50,602 nucleotides of DNA from positions 1-50,602 of the IMG/VR virus record IMGVR_UViG_3300048583_000524, one strand, 5' to 3'. A model generated the notes under the pieces. The model ran no database searches, was not told the origin of the DNA, and was given only the letters and a program-made list of their open reading frames with translations. Below, piece by piece: positions 9,754 through 18,511 of this stretch. How positions within the stretch are numbered: position 1 is the first letter of the stretch; the number at the start of each line of letters is the position of its first letter. The DNA comes from a virus. Its lineage: Duplodnaviria; Caudoviricetes. Both the position numbers and the translations under genes were made by a program.

Positions 9754-10378
9754 TCGATTTACAATAGAAGATATTGAGCAATTGCAGGCTAAGGGATTAT
9801 TACCCAACCTAAATAATAATGCTCTGATTATGGAAAACCCGCCACCGCCACCTGGTAAGGATAAAAACAATACAAAGGCTACAAAAGCAAAAGACGCACC
9901 CCGGGACGCTGTTCTTATGGGTAGCGTGGTGCGTACTGTTGATGCAAATGTAAGCAAAACCTTTCTCGTTGGTATTGATCCGGATGTGGAGCGCTGCGGC
10001 TTCGCAATAAAGGATAAGGAAACCGATATCATCATTGAAGTGAAAGCCTTACATTTTTTCGATGTAATTAACCGGATAAACAAATTGAAGCAAGAAGGCC
10101 AGGTAATAGTTTATGTAGATGCAGGATGGTTACATTCAAAAAGCAATTGGCATGAAGCTCAAGGGAAAAGGGCTGAGAAAATAGCAAAAAATGTAGGTAA
10201 TTGTCATCAGGTAGGGAAGCTGCTGTGTGAATACTTTAGAAGAAAAGGGCTAAAATATTATGCAATTAAGCCGGTAACGAGCAAAATTGACGGAAAGGCT
10301 TTTGATAGATTGAAGGTATGGAAAGGCCGGACAAATCAAGATATGCGCGATGCGGTTGGGCTTATATTGGGGCGGTGA
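9731..10378 (+). CDS. RuvC-like Holliday junction resolvase
   Basis: VGIDPD N-terminal motif and C-terminal NQDMRDA; located at end of replication operon. Confidence 0.75.
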   Translation: MSSMKKNNRFTIEDIEQLQAKGLLPNLNNNALIMENPPPPPGKDKNNTKATKAKDAPRDAVLMGSVVRTVDANVSKTFLVGIDPDVERCGFAIKDKETDIIIEVKALHFFDVINRINKLKQEGQVIVYVDAGWLHSKSNWHEAQGKRAEKIAKNVGNCHQVGKLLCEYFRRKGLKYYAIKPVTSKIDGKAFDRLKVWKGRTNQDMRDAVGLILGR

Positions 10379-10449
10379 AAAAGAACAAATGCACAATAAA
10401 ATATGTACATTTCGTTTTTTTTATTGGAATTAACTTATAAATTCGCCCA

Positions 10450-10584
10450 ATGAAAAAGCCCCAACGCTGCAAACGTTGAGGCTTGGGTGCTCCTGCGGGA
10501 GCGTCTTAGTTAGCGTAATTATTTGTCCTTGAATCTGCATTTAGGGATACATAAAGCTTGGGAGCCCCCAGGCTTTATTTTTTT
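10450..10584 (+). ncRNA. Candidate antisense sRNA
   Basis: -7-like TAAATTCG at 10438-10445; hairpins at 10456-10484 and 10489-10502; terminator stem 10551-10578 plus T-run; overlaps 3' end of a minus-strand small ORF. Confidence 0.4.
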
Positions 10585-10677
10585 CCCACTGCGCCAATGG
10601 GTAGACCAATTAAGGAATACCATTTCGCAGTCTCCAATGCAGCCTTGACAAAACGCCTTTTTTCTTGGCTGTTTCAT
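10519..10677 (-). CDS. 52-aa basic Cys-rich peptide (not in ORF track)
   Basis: MKQPRKKAFCQGCIGDCEMVFLNWSTHWRSGKKIKPGGSQALCIPKCRFKDK*; A-rich leader; followed by a minus-strand terminator-like hairpin. Confidence 0.6.
   Translation of the reverse strand: MKQPRKKAFCQGCIGDCEMVFLNWSTHWRSGKKIKPGGSQALCIPKCRFKDK
10551..10584 (+). terminator. Intrinsic terminator
   Basis: ATAAAGCTTGGG-agcc-CCCAGGCTTTAT followed by T-run. Confidence 0.7.
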
Positions 10678-10823
10678 AGACTTGGTTTTTAAATAATAAA
10701 AGCATTTCTAACATTTAGCAAACAAAAGGTTTTAGTAAGTAACATTAAGGATATTTTTTGCACATCAAATTTTAAAGTAATTCTACCTTTCGAAATTTGG
10801 CTTGTTCTCCATAACTTGCATGC

Positions 10824-11132
10824 ATGCCAATTCAGAAAACTGCCTTTCGGGACCGGATCAAAGCCAAGGCAGATTTATACACCTTCCTTTACGAAAGCAC
10901 AGATGATCTGCTCAACCTTTCATCAAACAAAACCCAGCTTGTCAAAGAACTAATACACTATTCCGTCCGTTTCCTTTTTCCAGCTTATAAAACCGCGGAT
11001 GAAATAGAAGCTGAGTGCCGGGAAATATGCTCACTATTCCATTGTTATCCACCTGAAAACATCCGTGCTCTTGTTTCTTCTTCCATGGTTGATAAAGCCT
11101 TTGGAACCTTACCACCTGATTTGAAAAGCTAA
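10824..11132 (+). CDS. Hypothetical protein
   Basis: 102-aa stand-alone ORF. Confidence 0.65.
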   Translation: MPIQKTAFRDRIKAKADLYTFLYESTDDLLNLSSNKTQLVKELIHYSVRFLFPAYKTADEIEAECREICSLFHCYPPENIRALVSSSMVDKAFGTLPPDLKS

Positions 11133-11425
11133 ATTAGGGTAAGAACTTCTTTCTTTATCATTGCCTTCGCAACTGCGAAGTAGTCCATCCCTTATTGTGC
11201 AGCCTCGATGTGTATTACATCCAATTTTATTTCTAAATTTTACTTTTTGTTACCTTTTTTTATAAGTGAGTTCTATTATTACCGAATTGTTATACTAAAA
11301 ACAAATATAACTCTCAATTATCTTTTGCTAAACAAATTAGGCTGTAAAAGATTTACACACCCTGATACAAAAGTCAAAAAAATGTCTGCGATTAAAAAGG
11401 ACACTCCAAATTGATTACTGCAAAA

Positions 11426-11446
11426 TCGTATTTTATACTACTTTCG
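11426..11446 (+). promoter_or_regulatory. Palindromic operator-like site overlapping a -7 promoter element
   Basis: TCGTA-TTTTA-TACTA (11426-11440) and TACTTTCG (11439-11446; Bacteroidota -7 consensus TAnnTTTG) upstream of 11467. Confidence 0.55.
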
Positions 11447-11466
11447 TGACAAAATAAGTCCGAAGC

Positions 11467-12924
11467 ATGGGTAGCATTCAATCCAAAGTCATTGATACCA
11501 AACCAATTAACTGGCGATATCTTAAATTTTTACAGCAAGATGACTTTAAAGGCTGGACAGCGGATGCAAAAAACAGGTTAAAGGAATCTATTACCGCTAA
11601 CCATTTCAGCCAGCCCTTTTACGTATGGCAGGATATGGATGGAACCATTTGGTGCCTTGACGGCCGTCACCGTTTCCTTATACTGAATGAATTAATTGCC
11701 GATGGTTTATCGGTTCCTGAATTACTTCCAGCAACTTTCATCGAGTGCATGAATAAAAAGGAAGCTGCTGAATTGGTGCTGCAGTATTCTTCCGTGTATG
11801 CCCGGGTGCAGGAACAAGGGTTGCTTGATTTCATGAAAGCCTTTGAACTCGACTTCGAAGCCATGAAAATGAAGATTGATCTGCCCGATTTCAATATGCT
11901 TGACTTTGAATTGGACATGAAAGGGCCCGACGAAGTTGCAATTGATATGGCAAAGCGCAGTCTGCAGGAAGATTTCATCGTTCCCCCATTCTCAATACTC
12001 GATACCAGGCAGGGGTATTGGAAGGAGCGCCGGGCGATGTGGGATAAACTATTGCCCGACAGCCAGGAAACACGGGAAGATGTAGAGCTGATGGCAGATA
12101 GCGCCCAGAATAGCGAGATATATGAATTGCGCAATAAAATGCGGGCTGTACTTAGCCGGGATCCTTCATGGGAAGAAATACTCGATGAAGCCAAAAAGAA
12201 AGGTATGAGCCTTTACAAGGGTGCGAGCATCTTCGACCCGGCACTATGCGAGATTGCGTATCGTTGGTTTAATTTACCTGGTGGAACTATTCTGGATCCG
12301 TTTGCCGGTGGATCTGTTAGGGGAATAGTTGCGGGATTACTTGGCTTTGGATATGCAGGGATTGACCTGCGTATTGATCAGGTTGAAGCCAATAGGAAAC
12401 AATATGAAAGCATTAAGGATGATGTATCGGGTGTTTCATGGGCCTGTGGAGATAGTAATGTGGTGCTTGATTCATTTCCTGGGCAATACGATTTCATCTT
12501 TTCCTGCCCACCTTACCATGACCTGGAGAAATACTCAGAAGATCCTGCCGATCTAAGCAATATGAATTATGATGAGTTCCGCGATATCTACACTTCCATC
12601 ATCAAGAAATCAGTGGCCCGGCTAAAGGATAACCGCTTTGCTTGTTTTGTAGTTTCTGAAATACGTGGCAAGGATGGATACAACAAAGGATTCGTGCAGG
12701 ATACAATTGATGCATTTGAAAGTGCCGGTGCAAAGTTTTACAATGATGCAGTATTGATCAACCAAATTGGTAGCGGTGCCATTCGGGCCCGCAGGATGTT
12801 TGAAACAAACCGGAAGCTTTGTAAAGTGCATCAGAATGTTTTGGTATTTTTTAAAGGGGATTGGAAGACGGTGAAGGAAAATTATCCTGAAATCAGCACA
12901 GCCGAAATGGTTGAAGAAACTTAA
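11467..12924 (+). CDS. ParB-like N-terminal domain fused to amino (N4-C/N6-A) DNA methyltransferase
   Basis: CLDGRHR in ParB-like domain; DPFAGGS (SAM motif I) followed by FSCPPY (motif IV). Confidence 0.88.
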   Translation: MGSIQSKVIDTKPINWRYLKFLQQDDFKGWTADAKNRLKESITANHFSQPFYVWQDMDGTIWCLDGRHRFLILNELIADGLSVPELLPATFIECMNKKEAAELVLQYSSVYARVQEQGLLDFMKAFELDFEAMKMKIDLPDFNMLDFELDMKGPDEVAIDMAKRSLQEDFIVPPFSILDTRQGYWKERRAMWDKLLPDSQETREDVELMADSAQNSEIYELRNKMRAVLSRDPSWEEILDEAKKKGMSLYKGASIFDPALCEIAYRWFNLPGGTILDPFAGGSVRGIVAGLLGFGYAGIDLRIDQVEANRKQYESIKDDVSGVSWACGDSNVVLDSFPGQYDFIFSCPPYHDLEKYSEDPADLSNMNYDEFRDIYTSIIKKSVARLKDNRFACFVVSEIRGKDGYNKGFVQDTIDAFESAGAKFYNDAVLINQIGSGAIRARRMFETNRKLCKVHQNVLVFFKGDWKTVKENYPEISTAEMVEET

Positions 12925-12969
12925 AAGATAATTGCTCTTTGTCTTGATAAGGTCGTTATCTCTCCCCAA

Positions 12970-13189
12970 TATTGCCTTGTGAGACAAGAGCGGACAGCCT
13001 TAGTGCAACGTGCCCCAGGTTCTCACAAGGCCTTATGTTATATTTTCTACCATGCCGCAAGCGTGGGTCTTTTGAGATGGTTTTGAGCCTTAATCAAATC
13101 CTTTGAAAAGAAACGGTGGCATCGAAAGGTGACCACCGTACCGGTTAACTGGCGAATAACTAATTTGCCGCTCCAAAAAACTGAGCGGT
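12970..13189 (+). ncRNA. Candidate structured RNA or leader
   Basis: Six consecutive stem-loops, including a perfect 11-bp stem (12974-12984/13021-13031) and a GAAA-capped hairpin (13113-13139). Confidence 0.45.
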
Positions 13190-13429
13190 ATGGATGAACA
13201 GGAAAAACTAATGATTATGCAAGCAACAATTTCAAACGTCAAGGACTTGCTGCAGAAGCGCCTTAACAGCCGCATCGAAATGATGAATACCCTTGCATCC
13301 AGCCCAATGGATGGCCTTCCTGAGAAGGTGCAAGAACTCCGTGAACGCGAAGCGGAAAAAACCCGGGCAGTCATTACCGAGCAAAAGGATCTTCTTGAAC
13401 TTCTCAAAATGCTTTTCCCACAAACATGA
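13190..13429 (+). CDS. Hypothetical coiled-coil protein
   Basis: 79-aa ORF before terminase genes. Confidence 0.7.
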   Translation: MDEQEKLMIMQATISNVKDLLQKRLNSRIEMMNTLASSPMDGLPEKVQELREREAEKTRAVITEQKDLLELLKMLFPQT

Positions 13430-13433
13430 GCCT

Positions 13434-13853
13434 ATGGCACTAATTGATAAAATAGAGTTTGAGAAGCGGGTGCGAATGGTCCAGGAATGGATCATTGAAG
13501 ATTGGCCGGAAGCCGATATTCGAAATAATATAATGAAGACCTGGAAGGTTTGCGACAGGCAGTCTCGAAGGTATGTAGCTGAAGCAAGGAAGCGTTGGGC
13601 CGGGGAAAACCAAAAAGAAGTCGATGAAAGGCGTCGCCTTCGCATCGAGAGCCTGAAAAAATTAAAGCGATCGTTAAAAGAACAATATAAGGGCTCACCA
13701 TCAGGAATATTTGCAGTACTGGCCGTTGACAAAGAAATCATTAAACTCGAAGGACTTGACCCTGCAATAAAGGTTCAGCATACCGGTGCAGGTGGTGGGC
13801 CCATTCAAACCGAAACGACCCATAAAGTGGTTTTCGAAGACTATGCCAAATGA
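13434..13853 (+). CDS. Putative terminase small subunit
   Basis: ATG at 13434; N-terminal HTH, C-terminal VQHTGAGGGPIQ motif; overlaps TerL start. Confidence 0.7.
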   Translation: MALIDKIEFEKRVRMVQEWIIEDWPEADIRNNIMKTWKVCDRQSRRYVAEARKRWAGENQKEVDERRRLRIESLKKLKRSLKEQYKGSPSGIFAVLAVDKEIIKLEGLDPAIKVQHTGAGGGPIQTETTHKVVFEDYAK

Positions 13854-15204
13854 TGCCACCTTTCATTTCAACAAAGTTTATAAGCCGGTATTTACCACTA
13901 AGGCAAGATATATATTTTGTTGGGGTGGCCGTGGCCGTGGTGGATCCCACTTTGGCACTGATTACTTTCTTTATAAAATGACCCAACCAGAGTACTTCCG
14001 TGGCGTGATCATGCGCTCGGTTTACTCTGATATCAAAGATTCCCTTTACCAGGATTGGAAAGACCGGCTGGAATCAAGCGATTTCCCTGAAGAAGATTTC
14101 ACTATTACCGACAGTAAGAAATCAGCTATTTACAAACCCACAGGAAATGGTTTCATTGCAAAGGGCTTCAAAAAATCTTCCGGCAGCCAGAGCGCAAAAC
14201 TTAAATCGTTAGCCGGTATTACCCATATCATTATTGAAGAAGCCGAGGAAGTCGATGAAGAAGACTTCAATAAACTAGATGACTCTATCCGTACCAATAA
14301 GATTGAGAACATTCAAATCATCCTGCTTTTCAATCCACCAAATAAGAATCATTGGTTGATGAAAAGGTTCTTTAATCTGGAAGATTGCGGGCTATTAGAT
14401 GAAAAGAACAAGCCGCTTCCTTATTATAAGGCGATACCTAAAGCTATACCCGAGCTGTTGGCAATTCATTCAACCTATCAGGATAACATCAAGAATTTAA
14501 ACGAAAAGACCATATCCAAATACCGTGGATATGGAGATCCAGATAACAACTTCTACAACCCTGAAAAGTATTATGTAGATGTTTGCGGGTTGGTACCTGA
14601 AGGTGCCAGGGGCCGCATATATCGCAACTGGAAGGTTATATCAAGCGCTTTTTTTGATAGCCTTCCCTACCCTTCATTCTATGGCCTTGACTTTGGCTAT
14701 AGCGATGATCCGGTGGCGCTCGTAGAAATAAAGAGCCACAACAATCGTAATTTTTACCGGGAGATTGTCTATGAGCCTGGGCTTACTAACCCGGCACTGG
14801 CCAGCCTGATGAAGGTTCGTGGGGTAAATAAGAAGGCGCCAATTTATGCGGATAGTGGAGAACCAAAGAGTATTAAGGAGTTACGAGACCTTGGCTTTAA
14901 TGTTCTTCCTGCAGATAAGGGCCCTGATAGCGTACTGTTTGGCATTAAGCAGATAAGTGCCATGGAGAACTATGTTACCCAGGAAAGCGAGCATATTTGG
15001 TTTGAGAACCAGGAGTATAAATGGATGCTTGATGCCAATAAGGAGCCGACAGACACACCAAGGGATAAACATAATCATGCCAAAGATGGGATTAGATATG
15101 GGGTAACCATGCACAGGAATATGAAGCGGAAGCGGAAAGTTGTGGTGGGTTCTGGTACTACTATTGAGCCGGCTAAGAAAAAAAATCCTTTGGAATGGGT
15201 GTAG
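13843..15204 (+). CDS. terL: Terminase large subunit, PBSX-like
   Basis: GGRGRGGS P-loop variant, LKSLAG, IIIEEAEE, FNPP, GLDFGY, ADS, NHAKDGIRY. Confidence 0.93.
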   Translation: MPNDATFHFNKVYKPVFTTKARYIFCWGGRGRGGSHFGTDYFLYKMTQPEYFRGVIMRSVYSDIKDSLYQDWKDRLESSDFPEEDFTITDSKKSAIYKPTGNGFIAKGFKKSSGSQSAKLKSLAGITHIIIEEAEEVDEEDFNKLDDSIRTNKIENIQIILLFNPPNKNHWLMKRFFNLEDCGLLDEKNKPLPYYKAIPKAIPELLAIHSTYQDNIKNLNEKTISKYRGYGDPDNNFYNPEKYYVDVCGLVPEGARGRIYRNWKVISSAFFDSLPYPSFYGLDFGYSDDPVALVEIKSHNNRNFYREIVYEPGLTNPALASLMKVRGVNKKAPIYADSGEPKSIKELRDLGFNVLPADKGPDSVLFGIKQISAMENYVTQESEHIWFENQEYKWMLDANKEPTDTPRDKHNHAKDGIRYGVTMHRNMKRKRKVVVGSGTTIEPAKKKNPLEWV

Positions 15205-15216
15205 GTGTCAAGGGTG

Positions 15217-15441
15217 TCAAGATTCTGGAATAGAGTGGCTGATTAAATTAATATTTACTGTCGCACCATCTATTTCCGATCCATTAGCAACCTTTACAAC
15301 GATCTTGTTTTTATGAACAGAAGTAACATCGCCTAGTAATTTCCCATTTTGATATAGTTTTCCCTTTTCAACACTTATGATTTTAAATGGTGCCGATGCA
15401 GAATGGCAGGGGCTAATTGGTTCAAATTTCTTATATATCAT
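15217..15441 (-). CDS. Hypothetical protein
   Basis: Likely start MIYKKF at 15441; last gene of minus-strand block. Confidence 0.55.
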   Translation of the reverse strand: MIYKKFEPISPCHSASAPFKIISVEKGKLYQNGKLLGDVTSVHKNKIVVKVANGSEIDGATVNINLISHSIPES

Positions 15442-15973
15442 AATTCTTAATTTTATCATTATTGGGGTCAGGGTATATATCATGTCCAAATTCCACCTTG
15501 ACTTTCTCATTTTCAATTGAAACCCTTGGAACGATTGAATAGTAGCCAAGTGAGTCGCTTAAGTTTGTCTCTCTAATTTCATGCTTTAAGAACAATTCAA
15601 ACCATTTATCATTTCCACCGACATTGACCCTTTCAATTCTTTCCCTGTAGAAGTCGAAAAAATCTCCATATTTGAATTCAAAAAACAAATCGCATCTATG
15701 CCTTAAGTTTTCAAGGACATTGCGAAACAAGTGCTTCTCATAATTTTTCATTGACTCGGAAACCGATGCCTTTAAAGTTGGGTGCATCCATGCTTCGCCG
15801 CTAACTTCCGCATATAGCAATATTTTGTCCGCATTGTATGTCTCAACAAAAAGTGGTGAGCATTCATTCCAAGATAGGCAATTTGTCAGTCTGTCAAGAT
15901 ATGCTTCCATGTCTACCGGTTTATTGTCAACTGGCATGTGTGGAATGAAATTGCAGTGGTTCATATGTATCAT
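15431..15973 (-). CDS. Hypothetical protein
   Basis: 180-aa ORF, ATGA-coupled to upstream gene. Confidence 0.7.
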   Translation of the reverse strand: MIHMNHCNFIPHMPVDNKPVDMEAYLDRLTNCLSWNECSPLFVETYNADKILLYAEVSGEAWMHPTLKASVSESMKNYEKHLFRNVLENLRHRCDLFFEFKYGDFFDFYRERIERVNVGGNDKWFELFLKHEIRETNLSDSLGYYSIVPRVSIENEKVKVEFGHDIYPDPNNDKIKNYDI

Positions 15974-16344
15974 AAGTCAATTCTAAATGCAGATAGAAAA
16001 AGATAAAGAGCGAATTTTAATGCAAAATATATCATAATTAGTACGGTAATGAGATTGATGATAGAAAGCCACAATGGAATATCTTCCCGGAACCAATTCT
16101 TGCGGGCGTGCCATGCAGTATGCTCTACGGTTTTCGATGAAATGTCCCATTCTGCACAGTCCATATTACTCATTTTCCCAACAGACACAGCAACCCCGTT
16201 TGCAAATTCGAACTTGAATTCCGATCCATCAAAGGAAAGTTTCTTTAGTGCAACTGTATCCAGCAATTCTTTTAATTCTTCCGGAGTCATAAAAGCATTT
16301 TGTATTTGTAAAATGGATTTATTTTTATTCCCTTTGATTTCCAT
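15970..16344 (-). CDS. Hypothetical protein with C-terminal transmembrane helix
   Basis: 124 aa; IPLWLSIINLITVLIMIYFALKFALYLFL. Confidence 0.7.
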   Translation of the reverse strand: MEIKGNKNKSILQIQNAFMTPEELKELLDTVALKKLSFDGSEFKFEFANGVAVSVGKMSNMDCAEWDISSKTVEHTAWHARKNWFREDIPLWLSIINLITVLIMIYFALKFALYLFLSAFRIDL

Positions 16345-16384
16345 TTGGCAGCTCGCATTATATCGCGGATAGTTCGTTTCTTTT

Positions 16385-16849
16385 TCATAGAATAGTATTT
16401 AGCTTAGCACTTTCTCCAAATAGTTGCTTAGCCTTAAAATTGTATGCTTCAGCAGCTTCAATTTCAGTATCGAACTTTCCTATATTAATTGTTCGGCCTT
16501 CAAATCTTATCCTTGCCATAAAGTAATTCACATGGCTTACACCTACATAGCTGCTAGTCTTTAACCTATTGTTCTGCAATTTACTTTCTTTCTGTGTGTT
16601 ATCTGAATGCCTAATCCAGATCAAATTCTCCTTTCGGCAATCTAAGGTATTACCATTGATGAACTTTACTTGCCAATTTTTGGCAACTTTATTACCCATG
16701 ACGAGATTATGCAGGTAACCTAAATCATTGTTTCGGGCATAGAAGAATTTTTTGCTTTTTGCAGCATAAAATTTCCGATGATTGTACTTATCGTAAATAT
16801 CATCATCAACGATAGCCTTTTGGCCTTGAGTTAATTGAATCTCTTTCAT
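16385..16849 (-). CDS. HNH-AP2 homing endonuclease-like protein
   Basis: LTQGQKAIVDD, INGNTLDCRKENL, SSYVGV...IGKFDTEIEAAEAYN..A..LFGE.A.LN. Confidence 0.9.
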   Translation of the reverse strand: MKEIQLTQGQKAIVDDDIYDKYNHRKFYAAKSKKFFYARNNDLGYLHNLVMGNKVAKNWQVKFINGNTLDCRKENLIWIRHSDNTQKESKLQNNRLKTSSYVGVSHVNYFMARIRFEGRTINIGKFDTEIEAAEAYNFKAKQLFGESAKLNTIL

Positions 16850-17061
16850 TTCTTAATTTCCTTCAAAATCAATTCATCATTTTCTCCATAGCTGAAACAT
16901 TCCGGACAATAGTGTTTAGCCCCTTCTTTTAACCAATCGGCTTCCATCGCCACATCTTCTGCAAATTGTGCGTCACTCCATGCCGAATATTCCGCATCAG
17001 CATTTTCATCTTTATCACAATTGTCGCATACAACTGTGAACATTTTTACTTCTTTTAGCAT
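16846..17061 (-). CDS. Small zinc-finger protein
   Basis: CDNC...HYCPEC. Confidence 0.75.
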   Translation of the reverse strand: MLKEVKMFTVVCDNCDKDENADAEYSAWSDAQFAEDVAMEADWLKEGAKHYCPECFSYGENDELILKEIKK

Positions 17062-17078
17062 CTTATTGGTATTTATAT

Positions 17079-17420
17079 TTAATCAGTGTAACAAACCACA
17101 TAGGCATCAAACATGTCTTCCGGATCGCGCCTGTATTTTATATCCAGTATTAAAAAGTTCTTTATCAGGCCAGATTCAGCCTTACAAAGCAAGGTATCTC
17201 CTTTTGATGGCGGCTTAATCCCAATTAAACGCATATAGAATCCATTTACTTCATTGACAAATTTGCTAATATTACGCCTGTGGGTTACTGTTTTTCCCCA
17301 CATTGGCTTAGTATAGTCAAACGTTTTGCCCGTTTTAATGCTTAGGCCGTATGCAAACAATTCATCTTCGGTGCAGGTTTCTGCAAAAGCTTTGATGTCG
17401 GTAATTGTATCTGATGTCAT
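17079..17420 (-). CDS. Hypothetical protein
   Basis: 113-aa ORF in minus-strand operon. Confidence 0.7.
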   Translation of the reverse strand: MTSDTITDIKAFAETCTEDELFAYGLSIKTGKTFDYTKPMWGKTVTHRRNISKFVNEVNGFYMRLIGIKPPSKGDTLLCKAESGLIKNFLILDIKYRRDPEDMFDAYVVCYTD

Positions 17421-17429
17421 AGATTAATT

Positions 17430-18041
17430 TTAAAACGTTCTATAATACTTATAATAAAACTTATCGAGCAATGTCTTCCATATCTCCAATTTCCTTTTAT
17501 GAAGGAAAGGCGCTTGCTTAACCATTACCGGCCCACGATCACTAATTTTAATTAAGCCGGCATACTCTGGCACACTTATATTCATATCATCCGGAACGGC
17601 AAAATAAAACTTATTAGGAATTTTCGACTTGCTCAGGTCGTGTATTCTAATCCTGCTGCAGGGCGCATACACATGCTGAATGTTGTGGCTGATATCTGTT
17701 TCATAAAACCAATGCTTCCTTCTCCAGCGTCGGGGATTAGGCACATCCAATCTCCCATACCGGTATGAGCAAATTTTATTCCCTTTTCCCTTACCAAGGT
17801 ATTCAACATAACTATTCTTCCCGGCTCTCAGCGCTTCAAAGAATTTATGCTTTTCCTTTTCAAAGTCCTTTCTATAATCTCCCTGGGAAACTTTTATCTC
17901 CACCTCAACGCAATAGCCGCGTTCACTCATACAAAAAAAATCGCTCTCCCAATCATGCCGGAAAATATATTGGTTATTGATTTGGTATAAGTAGTTCCGG
18001 AATTCCTTGTTAAGGGCCTTTTGTACTTGCGTTGAATTCAT
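17430..18041 (-). CDS. PD-(D/E)XK nuclease-fold protein (MmcB-like)
   Basis: ESDF...EVEIKVS..DYRKD...PNKFYFAVP...PEYAGLI. Confidence 0.75.
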   Translation of the reverse strand: MNSTQVQKALNKEFRNYLYQINNQYIFRHDWESDFFCMSERGYCVEVEIKVSQGDYRKDFEKEKHKFFEALRAGKNSYVEYLGKGKGNKICSYRYGRLDVPNPRRWRRKHWFYETDISHNIQHVYAPCSRIRIHDLSKSKIPNKFYFAVPDDMNISVPEYAGLIKISDRGPVMVKQAPFLHKRKLEIWKTLLDKFYYKYYRTF

Positions 18042-18129
18042 TGTATTCTTACAATTTTTTTGTTCGATGTGCCCTGTTTAGTGAGTTTGACGGCTCTCAG
18101 ATTTAATGTATTCTTACATTTTTTTTGTT
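18042..18129. repeat. Pair of 23-nt direct repeats with a 42-nt spacer
   Basis: TGTATTCTTACA(A/T)TTTTTTTGTT at 18042-18064 and 18107-18129, one mismatch. Confidence 0.85.
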
Positions 18130-18475
18130 ATGCCAAGCCTATCTCAAAACATTCCCGACATTGCATAAGGCCTTTTTGAAGTTTGTAATTTTCGTCCACC
18201 ATCGGATAATGATCGCCGGTAAAAGACTGTCCACACGAATCGCATTTTTTGGTTTTATCTTCAACCCTAGTCATAATTTCACACCATTCCGCAACCCAAT
18301 CTGTAATAGTTCCATCCTTGGATTTTATTTCTACTCGATTGTTATCGCTTCCGTAATTTACAACTTCCGCAACTCCTTTGTGCCATTCTTTTCCATCAAC
18401 TCCTTTAGGTGAAACTAAATCTCCTATGCGTAATCCGTAGTATCTTTTTCGGTCAATATTTTCAAACTTTTCCAT
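18128..18475 (-). CDS. Hypothetical protein with C-terminal zinc finger
   Basis: CDSC...CREC. Confidence 0.7.
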   Translation of the reverse strand: MEKFENIDRKRYYGLRIGDLVSPKGVDGKEWHKGVAEVVNYGSDNNRVEIKSKDGTITDWVAEWCEIMTRVEDKTKKCDSCGQSFTGDHYPMVDENYKLQKGLMQCRECFEIGLA

Positions 18476-18511
18476 TTAGATATAATTAGTTTTGAAGTGA
18501 TAAAAATATGG

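Noticed and set aside
11208-11414. 68-aa ORF in the track
   Set aside because: Low-complexity AT-rich sequence covering a probable promoter region; likely spurious
12974-13031. tRNA or known self-cleaving ribozyme
   Set aside because: No cloverleaf or T-loop consensus and no hammerhead, twister or pistol core recognised by eye
18042-18129. Bona fide CRISPR array
   Set aside because: Only two repeats, low-complexity and non-palindromic, no cas genes; kept only as an unexplained repeat
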